Shown: one piece after another, positions 61,014-64,000 of the stretch
Layout: each line of letters opens with the position of its first letter
Position numbering within the stretch: position 1 is the stretch's first letter
Assembly: GCA_963676835.2 (NCBI GenBank)
Contig: CAXXFF010000001.1
Span: 160,001 to 224,000 of the forward strand
DNA from: Marispirochaeta sp.
Lineage (GTDB): Bacteria; Spirochaetota; Spirochaetia; JC444; Marispirochaetaceae
DNA length: 64,000 nt
Direction: 5' to 3'
Program-made: the position numbers and the translations under genes
The notes under the pieces: generated by a model
Seen by the model: the letters and a program-made list of their open reading frames with translations, nothing else
Told to the model about the DNA's origin: nothing
Database searches by the model: none

Positions 61014-64000
61014 TTATTTTCCGATAAAACCCTTAGTCTCAAGCTCCCTGACTATAACCTCACCCTTGGAGAGGTATTTGATTCCCTCAATAGCCGCCAG
61101 GGCTGCCGAGGTGGTTGTGGTGTAGGGAACTTTATGCCTTACAGCGTGAATACGTATATCATGGTCACCGTACTGGGAATTACGTCCCAAAGGTGTGTTA
61201 ATAATAAGGTCAAAACGCTCTTCCCGGATATGGTCAATTACATTGGGATGACCTTCATGGATCTTCAGTACAACTTCCGCGAAAATACCTTCGTTGTAGA
61301 GAAAATCAGCGGTTCCCCGTGTTGCGGCAATCTGGAATCCCAGCTCCTGCAGTTCTTTAACTATGGGCAGAATGGTCTCCCGGTCATTGTGATGAACAGA
61401 AACCAGAGCCTTTCCGCCGGTGGGCAGTACACTTCCCACTGCTGCCTGAGCCTTTGAGAAAGCCTCACCGAAACTGGCGCCGGTACCGATAACCTCACCG
61501 GTGGAGCGCATCTCGGGGCCAAGCAGTGGGTCTACCTGGGCAAAGCGGTCAAAGGAGAATACCGCCTCTTTTACGGCCCATCCCATTATGCAGCTGCCTT
61601 CCCCAGTGCCTTTCTTTGTGAGACCCTGACGTTCGAGATCAATCCCCTTCCATATACGCACTGCAGCCTTGATCAGGTTGACGCCTGAAGCCTTTGAAAG
61701 AAAGGGAACCGTACGAGAAGCCCTGGGGTTAACCTCAAGAACATAGAGCTGATCGCCCTTGGCGGCAAACTGAATATTTATAAAGCCCTTAACCTGAATC
61801 TCCCGGGCAATCTTTATGGTTGCCTCTTTCATTTCATCAAGAATTGCGGGAGTGGATTTATAGGGAGGAAAAACACAGGCGGAGTCTCCGGAGTGAACCC
61901 CGGCAGCCTCAATATGCTGCATAATTCCGGCGATGTAGACATTCTTGCCGTCGGAAAGTGCATCCATGTCATATTCAAAAGCGTCTTCAAGGAACTGATC
62001 CACCAGCACCGGACGGTCGGGAGACATGGGAATATCCTGCTTCATAAACTCTGCAAGTTCTTCTTCGGTGTATGCAATAAACATGCTGCGTCCGCCGAGC
62101 ACAAAAGAAGGCCGCAGGAGCACGGGAAAACCGATCTCTTTGGAGTATTTTCTTATCTCTTCGGCATTGGCCGCCATGCGGTTATCGGGCTGCCGTAGAT
62201 TAAGCTTTTTCAGCAGTGCCGTAAACAGTCCCCGGTCTTCTGCATCAAAGATACTCTTAACACTGGTTCCGATAATATTGGCACCGGCATCCTCAAGTTC
62301 CTTGGCAAGATTCAGAGGGGTCTGTCCACCAAGCTGAACAAGAACATCCTTGATGCCCTCTTTCTTCATGATGGACTTAACGTGCTCACCATCCAGGGGC
62401 TCAATGTAGAGTCTGTCAGAGACATTAAAGTCCGTTGAAACAGTTTCCGGATTGGAGTTTACAATGATGGACTTTACCCCTTCCTCCCTGTAGCCAAGGG
62501 ATGCAAGGGTACAGCAGGTATCAAACTCGAGGCCCTGTCCGATCCGGTTGGGTCCTGAAGCAAGGATAATAACTCCCTCACCCTCCACAGGAGATCCTTC
62601 ATCAATCTCGCCGAAGGTTGAATAGAAGTAAGGAGTATCAGCAGAGAATTCCCCGGCACAGGTATCAACAAAGTGATAACTGGCGTTGATTCCCTCACTC
62701 TTCCGCAGGGCTTCAATATCTTCTTCCGTTTTTGCGGTCAGCATTGCAATCCGCTTGTCAGTGAGACCTGCTTTTTTTGCTTCCAGAAGGAGATGCCCAT
62801 CAAGGGGGCCTGCGGTAATCCTGTCTTCCAGTTCCACCTGCTTGTACATGTAGTGGAGAAACCATGGGTCGAACTTTGTCCGTTCTTCAAGGCGTTTAAG
62901 TGCCCGTTTACCTTCTCTCTTAAGAACGGTGTAGGCGGCAAAGATCCGGCGTGGATGCAGGGTATCCAGCATATCATCAAGACCATCGTAGCCGATGCTC
63001 ATCTCCTGAAGTCCCTCTACACCCAGCTCAGCGGAACGGAGTGCCTTGTTCAGGGCTTCAGTAAAGGTTCTTCCCAGGGCAAGAGACTCCCCTACAGATT
63101 TCATCTGGGTTCCCAGCTGTTTGTATCCCGAAGGAAACTTCTCAAGTTCAAAACGGGGAACCTTGACTGCGACGTAGTCCAGGGCAGGCTCAAAACAGGA
63201 AACGGTTTTACCGGTTATCTCATTGGTAATCTCATCCAGGGTGTACCCAACCGCGAGCTTCGCACTGCACCGGGCAATAGGAAAGCCTGTAGCCTTACTG
63301 GCAAGAGCCGACGACCGGCTTACCCGGGGGTTCATCTCAATAATAACCAGCCGTCCGGTTTCGGGATTCACCGCAAACTGTACATTTGATCCGCCGCAGT
63401 CAACGCCGACCGCCCGGAGGGTCTCAATTGATGCCGTTCGCATCTCCTGATATTCCCGGTCAGAAAGGGTCTGAATAGGTGCTACGGTAATACTGTCACC
63501 GGTATGGATTCCCATGGGGTCCAGGTTTTCGATGGAACAGATAATAACCGCGTTGTCCATGTGATCCCGGACAACCTCCATCTCGAACTCTTTCCACCCG
63601 AGGAGAGACTCTTCAACAAGGGCTTCATGAACCGGACTCTCTTCAAGAGCTCTCTCAACCAGACTGTCCAGCTCCTTTTTTTCATAGGCAATGCTTCCGC
63701 CCATACCGCCGAGGGTATAGCTCGGCCGGATAATAAGAGGAAAGCCGACATCTTCCGCCAGAGCCCGTGCCCCGGCAAGGTCCCTGGTCATTACCGACCG
63801 CGGGGTATCAAGACCGATTTTTGTGGCAAGTTCCTTGAACTTACCCCGGTCCTCGGCCAGCTGAATGGCTTCTACAGTGGCGCCGATAAGCTCCACATTA
63901 TATTTATCCAGAATACCCTGCTCATACAGTTCCAGAGACAGATTAAGCCCCGTCTGACCGCCCATGGTAGGCAGAAGCGCATCAGGGCGTTCCTTCTTGA
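61014..64000 (-). CDS. carB: Carbamoyl-phosphate synthase large subunit (5' end outside window)
   Basis: [42 protein letters not shown]-terminal MGS domain. Confidence 0.97.
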   Translation of the reverse strand, partial: KKERPDALLPTMGGQTGLNLSLELYEQGILDKYNVELIGATVEAIQLAEDRGKFKELATKIGLDTPRSVMTRDLAGARALAEDVGFPLIIRPSYTLGGMGGSIAYEKKELDSLVERALEESPVHEALVEESLLGWKEFEMEVVRDHMDNAVIICSIENLDPMGIHTGDSITVAPIQTLSDREYQEMRTASIETLRAVGVDCGGSNVQFAVNPETGRLVIIEMNPRVSRSSALASKATGFPIARCSAKLAVGYTLDEITNEITGKTVSCFEPALDYVAVKVPRFELEKFPSGYKQLGTQMKSVGESLALGRTFTEALNKALRSAELGVEGLQEMSIGYDGLDDMLDTLHPRRIFAAYTVLKREGKRALKRLEERTKFDPWFLHYMYKQVELEDRITAGPLDGHLLLEAKKAGLTDKRIAMLTAKTEEDIEALRKSEGINASYHFVDTCAGEFSADTPYFYSTFGEIDEGSPVEGEGVIILASGPNRIGQGLEFDTCCTLASLGYREEGVKSIIVNSNPETVSTDFNVSDRLYIEPLDGEHVKSIMKKEGIKDVLVQLGGQTPLNLAKELEDAGANIIGTSVKSIFDAEDRGLFTALLKKLNLRQPDNRMAANAEEIRKYSKEIGFPVLLRPSFVLGGRSMFIAYTEEELAEFMKQDIPMSPDRPVLVDQFLEDAFEYDMDALSDGKNVYIAGIMQHIEAAGVHSGDSACVFPPYKSTPAILDEMKEATIKIAREIQVKGFINIQFAAKGDQLYVLEVNPRASRTVPFLSKASGVNLIKAAVRIWKGIDLERQGLTKKGTGEGSCIMGWAVKEAVFSFDRFAQVDPLLGPEMRSTGEVIGTGASFGEAFSKAQAAVGSVLPTGGKALVSVHHNDRETILPIVKELQELGFQIAATRGTADFLYNEGIFAEVVLKIHEGHPNVIDHIREERFDLIINTPLGRNSQYGDHDIRIHAVRHKVPYTTTTSAALAAIEGIKYLSKGEVIVRELETKGFIGK

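Overview
Core-chromosome segment of a free-living spirochaete, probably Spirochaetaceae (inferred from rplU-prp-rpmA-obgE-nadD-LCP-rsfS, ispE-spoVG-tRNA-Gln-rplY-pth-tilS-ftsH, cheX and DUF5312). It runs from a partial mfd to a partial carB and holds about 46 CDS and four tRNAs (Asn, Pro, Asp, Gln). No CRISPR array, integrase or transposase was seen. The most novel-looking locus is 5939-12708. There a divergent pair of paralogues shares an unrecognised ~170-aa domain: one copy stands alone and is acidic, the other is fused to an HU/IHF DNA-binding domain. The stand-alone gene leads a tight operon of metallophosphoesterase, membrane Ser/Thr kinase, membrane FHA protein and vWA-TM-FHA protein. 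Other notable items: an STAS-cheA-cheR-cheB cluster without cheY/cheW/MCP, with an MshEN-like motif in CheA and followed by REC-bearing kinases; an unannotated Ile/Val/Leu leader-peptide attenuator ahead of ilvB-ilvN-cimA with a GNA-triloop repeat element inserted behind it; a 60% Asp/Glu protein with its own promoter; a sigma54 promoter for gltBD; several apparently leaderless genes; and Prp retained beside a short L27. All calls come from reading motifs by eye; no searches were run.
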